Positions 37,105 to 49,829 of a DNA stretch of 64,000 bases are shown here, piece after piece; the first letter of the stretch is position 1, and each line of letters starts with the position of its first letter. The notes under the pieces were generated by a model. That model made no database searches. It was not told the DNA's origin and saw only the letters and a list, made by a program, of their open reading frames with translations. The position numbers were made by a program, and so were the translations under genes. The stretch lies in NCBI RefSeq assembly GCF_018977255.1, contig NW_024704742.1, forward strand, positions 27,158,001 to 27,222,000, read 5' to 3'. The stretch comes from Callorhinchus milii (lineage: Eukaryota).

Positions 37105-40100
37105 CAACAACTTGGATTTATATAGCGCGCTCCACGCCAGACGGCGTCTTAGAGCGCTTCACAGTAACGAATCCCGGGACCGAGCCAGGGGGAGGGGGAG
37201 GAAGGTGACCAAAAGCACGGTCGAAAAGAAAGGTCTTCAGCAGAGACCTGAAAATGGGAAGGGAGGGAGCGAGACGAAGGGAGTGAGGAAGGCAGTTCCA
37301 GAACCTCGGGGCATGGTGGCTGGAGGCACAGCCGGTGAGGGTGGAGCGGAGGATACGGTGGACGAGGAGGAGGCCAGACCCGGAGGAACGGAGGCAACGG
37401 GCACTGTTTTGAGGAGAGAGGAGGTCAGAGAGGTAGGGGGTTGCTGAGGAGTGCAGGGACTTGAATACAAGGGTGAGGATTTTGAAATTGATCGTCTCTG
37501 GGACAGGCAGCCAGTGCAGTCTGGCAAGGACTGGGGTGATCGGGGAGCGGAGTTTCGTGTGGGTGAGAAAGTGGGCGGCAGAGTTTTGAATGATTTGGAT
37601 TTTATGGATGGTAGTGGAGGAGAAACCTGTGAGGAGGGCGTTAGAGTAGTCCAGCCAAGAGGTGACGAAGGCATGGACCAGGGCTTTAGCTACTTTTGGG
37701 GAGAGGTATTGGCGGAGACGGGCGATCCGTCGGAGCTGGAAGAAGGCGGTGCTGGTGAGGGACCGGATGTGGGGGAGGAAGGATAATTGGGGGTGGAACC
37801 TGATGCCTAGGTTGCGTACGGGTTCGGAGAGTTTTAGGGGGAGGTCAGGTAGGTGGAAGAGGTGAGAGCCGTGAGATTTTAGACGTTGACGAGAGCCGAA
37901 GAGTATGGCTTCCGTCTTGTCAATGTTCAGCTGAAGGAAGTTTGCGCTCATCCAGCCCCTGAGATCTGACAGGCAGGCAGATAGAACATTAGGGGACTGG
38001 GGATCACAAAGAGAGGTGGAAAAGTAGAGTTGGGTGTTGTCTGCATACATGTAGAAATGTACCCCATGTCTATGGATGACATCCCTAAGAGGGAGCATGT
38101 AAATCAGAAAGAGGAGGGGGCCAAGGATGGATCCTTGGGGTACCCCGCAGGTAACCGGGTGAGAGCGGGAAGAGAAACCGTTTGTGCAGATGTACTGCTG
38201 GCGGTTTGTGAGGTAGGACTCAAACCAGGCGAGTGCGGTCCCACTGAGGTGGATGACGGAGGAAAGACGGTGGAGGAGGATGGCGTGATCAACTGCGTCG
38301 AATGTGGTGGAGAGGTCCAGGAGGACAAGGAGGCAGAGGGAGCCCTGGTCACAGATAGAGAGGATGTCGTTTGTGGCTTTCACAAGCGCAGTCTCTGTAC
38401 TGTGGGCAGCGCGGAAACCGGACTGGAGGGGTTTGAAGAGGGAGTGGGAGGAGGAGTGCATGAAGTTGGTTGGCAACGACGCGTTCTAGAACTTTTGAGA
38501 GGAAGGGCAGGTTAGAAATGGGGTGGTAGTGGTGGTGGTTTGAGGGATCCAGGGAGGGTTTTTTCAGGAGGGGGGTGATGACGGCAGTTTTGAGAGAGGC
38601 AGGGACTGATCCACAGGAGAAGGACTGGTTGATGATGTTAGCCAGTAGTGGGCAGAGGAGGGTGAGCTGGGTGACCAGTAAGTTGGTGGGGAGGGGGTCG
38701 AGGCAGCAAGTGGTGGGTTTCATGGAGGTGATGGTGGGTGAGAGGGAGGAGGGAGAGATGGGGAGGAAGGAATGTAGAATGGGGGTGGTGGTAGGAGCAG
38801 ATGATGAGGAAGGTGAAGGGGACAAAGAGGACGAAGTGGTGGGTGACAAGGGGCAGGTGGATGAGGCTGCCTGGTGGATGTTAAGTATTTTAGATGCAAA
38901 GAAGTCCATGACCTCCTCGCACTTGGCATTTGATACAAAGATTGAGGAGGCCTGAGAGGGGCACGGAGGAGGTAGTGGGGAAAAAAGGATTTTAGGATTG
39001 TGTTTAGCCTCCAAGATGATGTTGGAGTAAAGGCCGTTTTTGCGTGTGTCAAAGAACGGCGGTAGCTGTGGAGATGCTTGAGCCATAGTTGGCGGTGAAC
39101 TGTCAGGCCAGTTTTCCGCCAACTGCGTTCGAGCAGCCGGATTTGGGTTTTTAGGCGGCGGAGATGGTTGTTGTACCAGGGGGATCGGGTGGGTTTGGAG
39201 ATGGTCCTGGATTTTAGGGGGACAAGGGTGTTAAAGGTGGAGGAGAGGCGATCATGGAGCAGCTGGATGGCTGCTTCTGGATCTCCGCGGGTGGAAGGCC
39301 AGAGGGATAGGATGTTTGATGATGAGAGGGCCTTTGTGAGGGTCTCAGGGTGTAGCCTTTTCCAAGGGCGGTAGAGTATGGTTGAGGGCTTGGTGGAGGA
39401 GAGAGGGATGTGAGAGGAGAAGGAGATGCAAACGTGGTCCGAGATGGCTTGTCCACTATGCTGAGGTCGGAAATGTCAAGGCCATGGGTGATGACAAGGT
39501 CAAGTACATGACCACGGTTGTCGGTGGGTGAATTTATATGAAGGGTAAGGTTTAAGGAGGAGAGGAGGGCAGTGAAATTGGCAGAAGTGGGGCAAGGGGA
39601 GTTTAGGTGGAGGTTGAAATCACCCATTATGAGTAGGCGCTCGGAGCAGAGGGATAGAGAAGAGAGGAGAGTGGAGGTGTCTGTGTGGAAGGAGCCGAGG
39701 GGCTTAGGGGGTCGATAGACAAGGAGGATTTTCAAAAGGAGAGATGGTGGAAGAGAGTGAGGTGCTCGAGGAAAGCAGCTAGAGGAGTAGGGTGTAAGAC
39801 CAAGGGAGACTTTGGAAATGAAGGCCACCCCACCGCCATGTTGGTTTGGATGGGGGTTGTAGTGGAAGGTGTAGCCTGGAGGGGAGGTCCACCAGGGTGA
39901 TGGGGTCATTGGGGGAGAGCCAGGTTTCGGTGAGCCCAGGAATGTCAAGATGCTTGTCCAGGATGAGGTCGTGGATGGTGAGGGCTTTATTGAGAGGGAA
40001 CGGACATATTGGAGGGAAATGCGGGTGGGTTTGTTGGAGGGAGGAGAGAGTGGTGTGGAGAGGATTTTGGGTTGTATAGGAGATGGTTGTGGAGAATGGT

Positions 40101-40505
40101 GTGAGTGGAGAGTTGGGGAGGGTAAGTATGAGGGAAGGCGGAGTTGGGTTTGCCTTAAGGAGGCGGTTTGAGCAGAGGGAGTGAGTGATGGGACACGTGG
40201 GGTTGCTGCTCTGGGACAGCCAGTGCCGGGAGCCACGATGGGCCCGATGGAGGATGCCCAGGCTGGAGCAGATGGAAGTGGTGATGAGGTTGAGGAGAGA
40301 GAGAAGGCGGGGAGGGCGGTGGGAGAGAAGGACGGAGGGGGAGTAGTGGATAGGGGGGTGGGAAGAGAGACACAGAGGGGGTGGGAGGAGAGACATTTAG
40401 AGTGGAGGGCGAGGCTCGGGTCAGGGTGGCAGCCAAAATGCGCACGCAGAGACCGGGAGCAAGTGATCCCAGCTCATGGCCGGGGTGGCAGCGGCTGCTA
40501 AGCCA
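37105..40505 (-). mobile_element. Near full-length L2-clade LINE (APE endonuclease + RT), frameshifted
   Basis: Split ORFs carry GLTETWL, VYRPP, MGDFNLH, GHVLDLV, HPISNLPFLSKVLE, GVPQGSILGPLLF, YADN (YADD mutated) and LHWLP. Ends in the L2 3' stem-loop tail. Confidence 0.95.
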
Positions 40506-42369
40506 TTGTTGTTGTTGCTGTTTTTTGAAAAAAAATTTTTTAACTATAACGTCACACCTTAAATTTAATACAATATTTTCAGACAGCCTAAGTAAGACGA
40601 GGTGAAACTTCAGGCTTGCAATGCTTAAAAAAAAAGCCAAATTTTACCCCATAATTATTTTAATATCTGCGGTTCTTGTTACACAAAATCTTTAGTATTA
40701 TGTGCTGTGTCAACGTTATTCATAAGTGGTTCAACACCAGAGTATCTTGTGTTTAGTTAACTGTAAAGGGATGAACCCCAATCCTTGTATTTTTCTATAT
40801 CTTGTATAGAAGCGTAGATTTCTTTACTCTTTCAATATCTGTATAACTGCATTGCACAGTCATTGTAAAGGCAGAACCCAGTATTAGATGACGATCTGAA
40901 ATTAATGCATCAAAATAGAAATGTAGACGCAGCAAAAAAGAGCTCCACTGGTATAAATAGCAATATCAGTTTAATCTCATCTTTGCTGGCTTTAATTTCT
41001 TTTGGAAATGTTCCCTGCATTCATCATCAGTGTGCACTCAAATTGGAACAAAAATGCATTATTTCAAGTATATATACATACAATAGCCAAGTTAAAATTT
41101 TACAGATATAAATTTGGTGCTCAATATTTATATGGCTCGGTGACCAGCACAATTTAAAGGAATACACAAATGCTCATTTCCCATTTCAATAAATATTATC
41201 CCATCCATTCTATTTTTCCTAATCTTAGAAAAGTTACAGCACAGAAAAAGGCCATTTGGGCCCACCATGTCAACACGAACAAAAAGGTCAGTAGAACAGT
41301 TCCTCCCACTTGATTCCGTATTTCCAGAATACAAATCAGCCTTTCCATCAAGCTATTTTAATGAGTTCAAATCATTCTTCCTGGTAACTCATTACCTGTA
41401 ACCTGTATGATGAAATACTTCCTGTTCTGTTTACCTCAAACCTGCCTTCACAATCCTTGAACCTGTATTGTCCTGTTGCCTTGGTCTGTCTGAAAAAAAT
41501 GGTACTTTCTAAACGTAGCACATTGCTGTACCATTCAGTGATCAGCCCAGGTACATGCCCTGTTACCTTCTGACTGTCCCTGGTCTGGCCTCCTTACTTT
41601 GGGAGAAATTCCCCATTATTACCCCATGATGTTTGCAGTAGCCTCCTACTTTGCAACCATTGTTGCATTCATGCCAGTTAAATATTGATAAAACCATTTT
41701 GAGCTCTGCAGACTATTACAGCATAAATCATTTTCTCTAGGTGCTATAATATTAGCAACTTACACTTATTCTGTAAAGCTCTGAGAAATAATAAAATCTG
41801 CGATGCTACAGACAAGAAGCCTAGCAGCCGTCTGTAAATCCAGTTGAATTACTTCGACAAACTCCACTGGTTAGTCACCAGGGTTAAAGAACGGAATAAT
41901 GGGATCATGACGGTGATTCAAAGCTGTTGACATTAATGGGAATAGACTTTGTCGCCTCAGCGTATAACTGGCGATAAATGTTTCTGTTTCAGACATCTGT
42001 TGAAATACTGTGCTCATGAGTTAGATGAATATGGATGTGGCAGGTGAAGGTGCTTTGGCTAGCATGCTCGTCTGGTTCAATTTATTACAGGCATAATCCC
42101 TTGATGCACATACTGCTGAATGGAACTGTGTGTTGGCTGGGCAACAGGAAATTGACTCATTGCTTTTATTGGGTCTAGCTACTTCTAATTGCCAATCTTG
42201 TAATGATGGGTGTCGCACGTTATCCTGGGGTTGTTACAAATGTAAATACAAATATTTAATGGAATGCCATCAGTCATAGATGGGAAATGAAATCATTTGC
42301 AAATATATCAGCAAATATTGTTCCTGGAATTCAAGTGTATATTTTGCATTTTACTCCTGTGGGGAAAGT

Positions 42370-43220
42370 CTTTCAGGAAGAGATTTGTGATGGGAAATGA
42401 CCTGCTCATCAATAACATTAAGTGACCCAAAGCGAACTGAAAATAAAAATGAGCAGCAGGCGCTGAACATGTTACATGACAGCTTCTTAGTGGTCAAATT
42501 CAAATCGCCTGAAGTCCTGCTCAAGCTATACAGTGCTCTGGTCAGGCCACAACTGGAGCACAGTGTATAATTCCGGACGTTGCAACATAATAGAACTGCC
42601 CAGGTCCGCGAGGCAATGCTGAGGAGATTAATGATGCCAGTATCCAATTTTAGAGGAATCTACTATAAAACACAATACAATTTCCATTTATATGTAATGT
42701 TGGGAGGTCAGCTCAAAGCACTTAATAATGCTTAATGGGCACCTGAGCTGGATGTGGGACCCAAAGGCAATAGGGAGAGGAAAGATGATCGAAAGTGCGG
42801 TCAAAGAGGTACATTTTGAGTTGTGCCATGAATGAGATGAAGTTCCAGATAGCTGGGGCAGAAAACCCGCTCACCGATAGTGGGGCGGATAGGACGGGAA
42901 GATGTGCAAAGGTTGTATTGAGAATAAATAGATAAACCAGGTTTCTTATCCCATTTGAAAAGAAAGATCTCAGAAAGTATGCTTCAGAGGTATATATGAT
43001 TCTAAATGGGATAGAGAAAGTAAATTCAGAATAATACTTTCCATCCACCAAGGCAGCAGGAAAAGTGATCACAGGTTTAGGTTTAGGGCAATGTTAGAAC
43101 AGATGACAACCAACAGCTGAAGCAGGTTATCACAAGGGGAATTGGAAAGCAGAACAATGGACTCAGAAGTGTGATATACAGAAGGATGAGATCCACTGGA
43201 CTGATAGGCCTTCTTTAACT
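42370..43220 (+). mobile_element. Old CR1 fragment with an L2 3' fragment (-, ~42710-42915) inserted
   Basis: EVLLKLYSALVRPQLE motif at ~42510. The CR1 resumes near 42950. Confidence 0.6.
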
Positions 43221-43590
43221 GGCATATCAAGCCATTCACATTCTAGCAAGAGTAGCTGAAGCCCCAGAATAAGAGTTCCACCGATAACAGGGTATTCTGG
43301 AAACTAACTATTCCGTCCAAGACGTTAAGCAAGCGACACAATCGATCTTTCTTGAGGAGAGGGTTTTGCTAAAACATCGATTGTCACCAAACAGGACAAA
43401 TTCAAACAGTGCAAATTGGTTGGATTGCCCAAACTTAACAGCTAGAATGGAGCCACATACCATTTTTTATTGATCAGCTGGTTGTCTGACACATGGGGAA
43501 GCCCATCACCATACTTAAGAGGATTCAAACCAGACCCACAGCAACTCAGCTGGTCAGCAACTCAGATAATTACTTCTGTTATTGATAAAA

Positions 43591-43900
43591 ATGGCAGGAG
43601 AGACACCCTTGTCACATAGATCTCCTCCTCAGGAGGTGGAGCTTCTTGTCTGGCAAGTTATGAACTGAAGAGAGGTTCCTTTGAGATCGGAAGAACATGT
43701 ATTCAAACTAATCAAAATCTTGGTGTTTGGGCAAAAAGTGCCCCCAAAAGCCTAACTTTAGTTCCTTATCCAACAGGGATGCAGAAACTAGCAAAAAATT
43801 GGGATTAGTGTAAAATGAGCTGCATGAAGATGACCTACACTGGGGGACATTCAGGCATCAAGGATGTATGATTGCCCAAGTATAGAAAGATGGTGACCTA
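43591..43900 (+). mobile_element. Decayed Myb/SANT-like ORF of a Harbinger/PIF-type DNA transposon (element may extend to ~46000)
   Basis: MAGETPLSHRSPPQEVELLVWQVMN*REVPL, then VWAK, KNWD and YTGG in shifted frames. This resembles the Harbinger Myb-like pattern RFSxxExELLV...W...KKWxD...TGG. Confidence 0.5.
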
Positions 43901-46569
43901 CTTCTGGTGAAGGCATTTCTACTTACAAGGGAGATGGGATCTAGTCATGCATTGAACTTCTGGCTACTTACATGGAGAGGGGACGAGCACACTTTAAGTT
44001 ACTCAGTGAGTTGTTGGAATTATTTGAACATATAACTTGTGATACAGAGCTAGGTAATTATGGAAAGCAGTACAGCGTATGTCTAATGTCTCTGATAAAC
44101 TCAATACAGTTAATAATTCTCCAGCGGTGCTTAACACACAGTTTCCATATAGTTTCCAGCCTTAGACTGAAGGATATAATTAACAATCTCCATTGACAAT
44201 GTGCAGGGTTCAGTCCAATACTCATACTCCCTGTTTTCATATCCACACAGCAGAACCTGACCAATATCTGCCACTTTAGAACAAACCTGCAAACCCTTTG
44301 TGGTGTTGAAGAGGTGGTCAACACTGACGACACTGTGAGGACATCCTCCCCAACCAAGGCCTAAGTGAAGGAAGACAAACTCAGAAGGAACACACTTAAA
44401 TCTTGGGAATTTACTTGAAGCCACAAAGGAAAACCAAAGTGCTCCTGGCCGAAAAGCAGAGAACACATTGATGGTGAATGGCCTCCTCCAACATGCTAAG
44501 ACAGACAGTAGGAAGCAGGAAGTGCTCCAAGAAATGCTGAGAACTTGAATAAATCGTTCGCAAAGCTAACTGGAGTTGTAGTGGCAAGATGTACCATGAG
44601 CTGACCCCTCAGTATCGCAGTGCACGATCCATCTGGAGACATTTGGCAATAGATGTTAGCTCTTTCTGTCAGTATGGTGCCTTACCTGGCACAATGTCCT
44701 GCTAAGATGTACCATGAGGAGAGGGTTAGGATAGTCATCAACTTGTGAGGTCTGTACTCAAGCGCTCTGGGACTCTACCCTGCGTAAGGGGAAAATAAAT
44801 ACAAATTGTTGTAGTTTTCGAGCTCTGTACTGAACTCTGATGGTTTGGGTGGCACGATGGTTGTGGGAAACCTTTAAGTACCCACGTGGCTGATGTGCCA
44901 AATCACTGGTTTGAAGATTAGATTAGCGCCTGTAGAGATAGGTAGAGCTGTGCAGAGGATCTCGTGGCAATACCTTCATCAGAAACTCCACAGTGAACAC
45001 CCTGAAGCTGCTCACCTCAGCCAGGCAGCAGGAAAAAGAATCACCGACTTGTTATGATTCACGTTTTAATAAATGTATTTTTTTTCTACTTTGCTTGTTG
45101 AATTATGTAGTGCATTTATTTTTATCACAGCCAGTAACTAACTAGTGGTGAGCAGAAAATAAAAATGCCATTTACTGTATTATTTATGAGTTCTTCATTG
45201 TCCGTTGTACTCTTGAAGTTGTGTCTTTTTCTTCACTGCCTTTGTGTCCTCACTGTTCATCTGTAGAATGTGATGAGTCTTGTTTCAGAGACAGGATTGT
45301 GAGGGTGCCATTATCTCTTACCCACACCTCAGGTCCCATCCACCTCTGTGAATGTGCTTCAGGATGCAATATAGATCAATTGTACTATATTGTATAGGAT
45401 TATTGGAAAATAGCTGCTCTCAAGATAAATGGCTGCACTGTAGATGTGGAATGTACTCTGCTCAATGGGAATAAATGCAGTCAATTAAGATGTTTAAAAA
45501 GGAAATAGATACTTGGAAATTATGAGTATTAAGGGATGTGGAGAAAAGGCAATGGAATTGGAATTAAAAGATTAGTTCACGGTGGGTCTTTTTAATAACA
45601 AGATGGAACAGGCTTGATGGGCTGAATGGCCAACTGCTCTTCCTATGGACCTAAAACTTTATCTTACAGAGGAGTAGATATGTGAAGCAATCTCCCAGCA
45701 AAAAGCAAACAAAGGAGCTGAATAAATATCACTTTAGGAATCGGATTGGATGTTGTAGGTTTAGACTAAAATGGTTTCTAGGGCTATTAGGGTGCTGTGA
45801 GAAGTCTGGTGGGACATTCTCTGTTATTCACATTGAAATATCTTGTATGAAGTGACAGCAATCTAGCACAACTATGTGCAGTTCCTGCTTAAGGAAAGAT
45901 TTGTCTCTGAGCAGTTTCGCACTAATGTGACAGCATTCAGCACCCAGCTCAGGAAGACTTCCGTATCCTTACTGCTTTAATGCGGGAGTTAAGGTGGGAA
46001 TTTAGCAAGCAGGCAGTTTTGATACATCCCGCTGTTTAACTGTTGGTAAAATTGATAGACAATGTCAGTGGCAGTCAACACAGTGCAGTATTAGCCTAAA
46101 CTGCAAGATGCCAAAAAACTGCAAATAATGCCAAACAGTATCCTCCATCTGGAGGTAATTCTGCCCAAGCATTGCCGCACACAGGAGAACCAGGTCAAGT
46201 TCTGATGTTCTGATGTTAATAGACAGTCACAGATAGGTTTGTCCATGAGCTCCTTCCTACATGAAGCAATCAGCAGCACTCATTATTTAAAGAAAAATTC
46301 TGAATCAAATTCAAGAGACAAACGGGATATTTAAGTTAATGGTAATTCTTTGTGGCTGTTTGATGTTCGAATAGGATTCTCATGAGGGTGAAAGACCTTG
46401 AAGTGTTCCAGTGGTCTTTCACGCACCAACTACAATAAAGCATATTATGAAGGGGTGAAAATAATGATCCTATTGCATAAAGGGTGTTACATCCTACTAT
46501 AGTCGCCGTTCATAATAGGAACTAATAGTATGTTGAAAAATTATATATAAATGTAAATATGTGGCTAGT

Positions 46570-46842
46570 TTCTCTCCCTCTTTTTAGCCTCTCTTCCCCC
46601 GCACTCTGGAACTCCATCCTACAGTCCCTTCGCCTCGCTTCCTCCCTTGCCTCCTTCAAGGCCGGTCTCAAGATCCTCCTCTTCGATCGAGCTTTCAGTT
46701 GCCCTCCCACCTCTCTGCCTTCCCTTACCCCTAACCCACCTCTTCCCCATGCTCGGGTATTGACTCCTGACTATCCAGCGCCTTGGGACATCCTCCCGAC
46801 GTGAAAGGCGCTCTATAAATGTAATTATGTTGCTGTTGTTGT
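46570..46842 (+). mobile_element. L2 3' end
   Basis: LWNSILQSLRLASSLASFKAGLK and tail gggacatcctcccgacgtgaaaggcgct. Confidence 0.85.
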
Positions 46843-47184
46843 CTCTGCTGGCTATATTTCATTACCAAGAAGTGGAAATGTAAGGACCAATTTAGTTCAG
46901 TGAAATCTAGCTCAAATACCATCTCTATAATGATCACCTAACAGAGTCCCAGTACTAAATTAGTGAATCAGACTGAAGGCTACATTAGGAGATCACCTAT
47001 GGATAATGTAGACCATTTTAAGTCAGTCCCAAAGGTGCTCGTTATAGACAATTTCACTCTGCTGTAATATATACCAGCGTGGCATTGTGTAATAATGTTC
47101 TGTGCCATTAAAATACCAGCCACATGAACTGTCAGATACAACATCACTTTTACTAACCAGTTATTCACATCATTCAAAAAAAAT

Positions 47185-47355
47185 GCGGTCACTCAGTCCA
47201 CGACGTTTGTGGGACACTGCTGTGCGCAATTGGGTGCCACGTTTTGCCCACAAAATATACAGTCAATTCACTTTACAATATATTCTGTGAAGCACTTTGA
47301 GACATCTCAACGATTTGATGAGATGCTGTATCAAATGTAAGGATTATTATTATTA
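47185..47355 (+). mobile_element. DeuSINE 3' half
   Basis: Core and tail match. Confidence 0.8.
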
Positions 47356-48284
47356 GTATTCAATTCACGGACTTCAAAAGCAGAAAGACAGAAGTCCCAA
47401 AGCAATCTCAACCAGCCAGCCAGCAGCAAACAGATCATATTATCTTATTAAATGTTATACATTATAAACAGTATAAAAGGTCTGCTAGATATACAAGGCA
47501 GTAATGAAATGCAGTGATTTAATGATTTGTTACTTGAATTTTGCTCTTGTGGTATGTGCATCAGAACTCTTCACTTCCTTGTCTCGCTATCAGTTATCTT
47601 GATGTGACCCATGGGTTGCAGGTGTGGTTGGTATTCACAGCAGGTTTCGAAAAAGATTTGTAAATATCAAATCCCACTGACGACTGGATCACAATAATAA
47701 TGATCCTTGCATTTGATATAGTGGATTTCTGGAACTTCCTGCCTCAATCTCTCTGACTTGCCTCCTCTTTATTCGTCTTAAAATCCGTCTTCAAATTACA
47801 CCTGAAAACTTTTGTCCTCAAATTGAACCATTGTTCAGCACTCCGAGATCACTACCCAGTGTGAGGAGCGCTGTATAAATGCAAGTTGTTGTTGTTTGTT
47901 GTCTTTCACGTTTAAGAGGACGTCTCAAAGCACTTCACAGAATTGACATGATTGAAGTGTAGTGACTGTAGGTGAACATGCGTCATGAGAGCCTGCTAGA
48001 ACTGCACTCAGATGCCATCATTATATGGCCCAGTTGTTTGGTGTTCTAATGATTTTGGAAGAAAACTTCAATTTCGCTGTGGGTCATCGTGGCACACATC
48101 TGGTTCCGAGCAGCATCAATCCTTTCCGAATCCTGTTGTGGAAACTGGGTTTGTGAGTCCCAGTGGCAAAAGCTTGTTTCATCTTGGTTTTCAGTGTGAA
48201 TACAGCTGATGCTCCTTCTTGCTTTTTGACGCTTAAACATGAAGTGTCAGAAAGGTTACTACAAGTGACCAAGCAGTCATGACA

Positions 48285-48620
48285 ATGTCATAGTACCCTC
48301 ATCTCGCAAGCGAGAGGACTAAGGTTTGATTTGCGGGGAAAAAGGTAGATTTACTTACTCCACACGCCAGTGTTCGCCTAGCAGTAAGTAGGAACCCGGA
48401 TGTTGGTTGATTGGAGGATTGCTTTCTGGGGGCAATAATCAATCAAAAACAAAAATGGTCCCTAAATCCACGACTTTTTGTGGGATATTGCTGTACGTAA
48501 CTGGCTGCCGTGTTTTTCCCACAAAATAAAGTGAATCTACTTTACAATATATTCTGTGAAGCGCTATGGGACGTCTCAACAACGTGATAAGGCACTAGAT
48601 CAAATGCAAGGATTATTATT
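48285..48620 (+). mobile_element. Diverged long-subfamily DeuSINE
   Basis: Decayed head, central gtaggaacccgg segment, core and tail. Confidence 0.8.
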
Positions 48621-49271
48621 TTTGTACTTTCACGTTGGCTCTTCCTTTAATTATGAAGCATAATTCATCAAGAGTTGGACAGGCAGTGTGAGCTGGGAAT
48701 AGACTGTGATGGGACAGGTTAGTTTTACTCAACTGATGATGTATGGTTGCAATAATAATTGAGTTTCAAGATGATCTGTCAGTGAAACCCTCTCTTTTGG
48801 TTAGTTATCAGTACTAAGGCCCACCACAGTATCACAATATTACAGAGCAAGCTTTGCCTACTGCACTGAACAGTATAATTGGGGGAAGGGAATCATAATG
48901 ATGGTGTAGCCACAGTAATTCAAGACAGCAGTTCTGACAATAAACATCTCAGAAAACAAACAGATATAAACAGAAAACCCCCAGAAGGATAACACCAAAG
49001 AAAACTGAACAACATTACGCAGAAATGAACGATGCAGTATTGTGTGCTCAAGGCTGTGTTGCAGTCTCCAGGTGCAGATTTCTGTCATGTGCTTGAGGTT
49101 AATTGGCATCCTTAGTGACGCCATCCAAACCACTTGAGAGTGTTGTAACCTTGCAATGCATCGTCAGGTGTCAGATAGTCTTTGTATGAAGAGCTGCTAA
49201 GGTAATATCTCAATAAAGAGAAGGATCTGCACTAGATTGCCCCCACTCAGCTCATACAGGACTCCACTCAT

Positions 49272-49597
49272 GTGGAGTCCTGTAGCTCAGTGGTTAGAGC
49301 ACTCGCTTTGCAAGTGAGAGACCTGAGTTCAATTCCAGGCAGGGCGAAACCTTGGGCAAGTTTCCTTACTCCACACGCCTAATAATAATCCTTCAAAAAC
49401 AAAAAACAATAATTAATTGGTCATTTTCAATCTACGACTGTTTGTGGGACATTGCTGTGCGCAATTGGCTGCCGCGTTCGCCCACAAATATACAGTCAAT
49501 TCACTTTGCAGTATGTTCTGTGAAGCGCTTTGGGACGTCCTCCCGACGTGAAAAGCGCTATATCAAATGTAAGGATTATTATTATTATTATTATTAT
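49272..49597 (+). mobile_element. Full-length DeuSINE, short young subfamily
   Basis: GTGGAGTCCTGTAGCTCAGTGGTTAGAGC...GAGTTCAATTCC head, Deu core, L2 tail and (ATT)n. Confidence 0.93.
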
Positions 49598-49829
49598 ACT
49601 TACATACAGCGAACTCGCAAAACCATTGTAAAACAATCGGGAGAATGCAACTGTAACCATTTCCCACCCATTCCTTCAGTTTTCCTCATTGGTAATTTAT
49701 AGCTCCAAAATGAGCCATTTACAAACTGCCATTGCAAGAAGTTTGGGTGCAAGTAATTTACTCTCTTAGTCAGGATGTGCGTACATAACACAGCGACCCA
49801 GAGAAGGAAGAATGTGAAAGAGCTACCAA

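Noticed and set aside
37112..40605. Many plus-strand and alternative-frame ORFs over the L2
   Set aside because: Antisense or shifted-frame shadows of GC-rich LINE ORF2.
49272..49350. tRNA-Ala(TGC)-like sequence, also at 24.5, 35.0 and 63.1 kb
   Set aside because: It is the SINE head. It runs straight into the SINE body, has no proper acceptor stem and no Pol III terminator.
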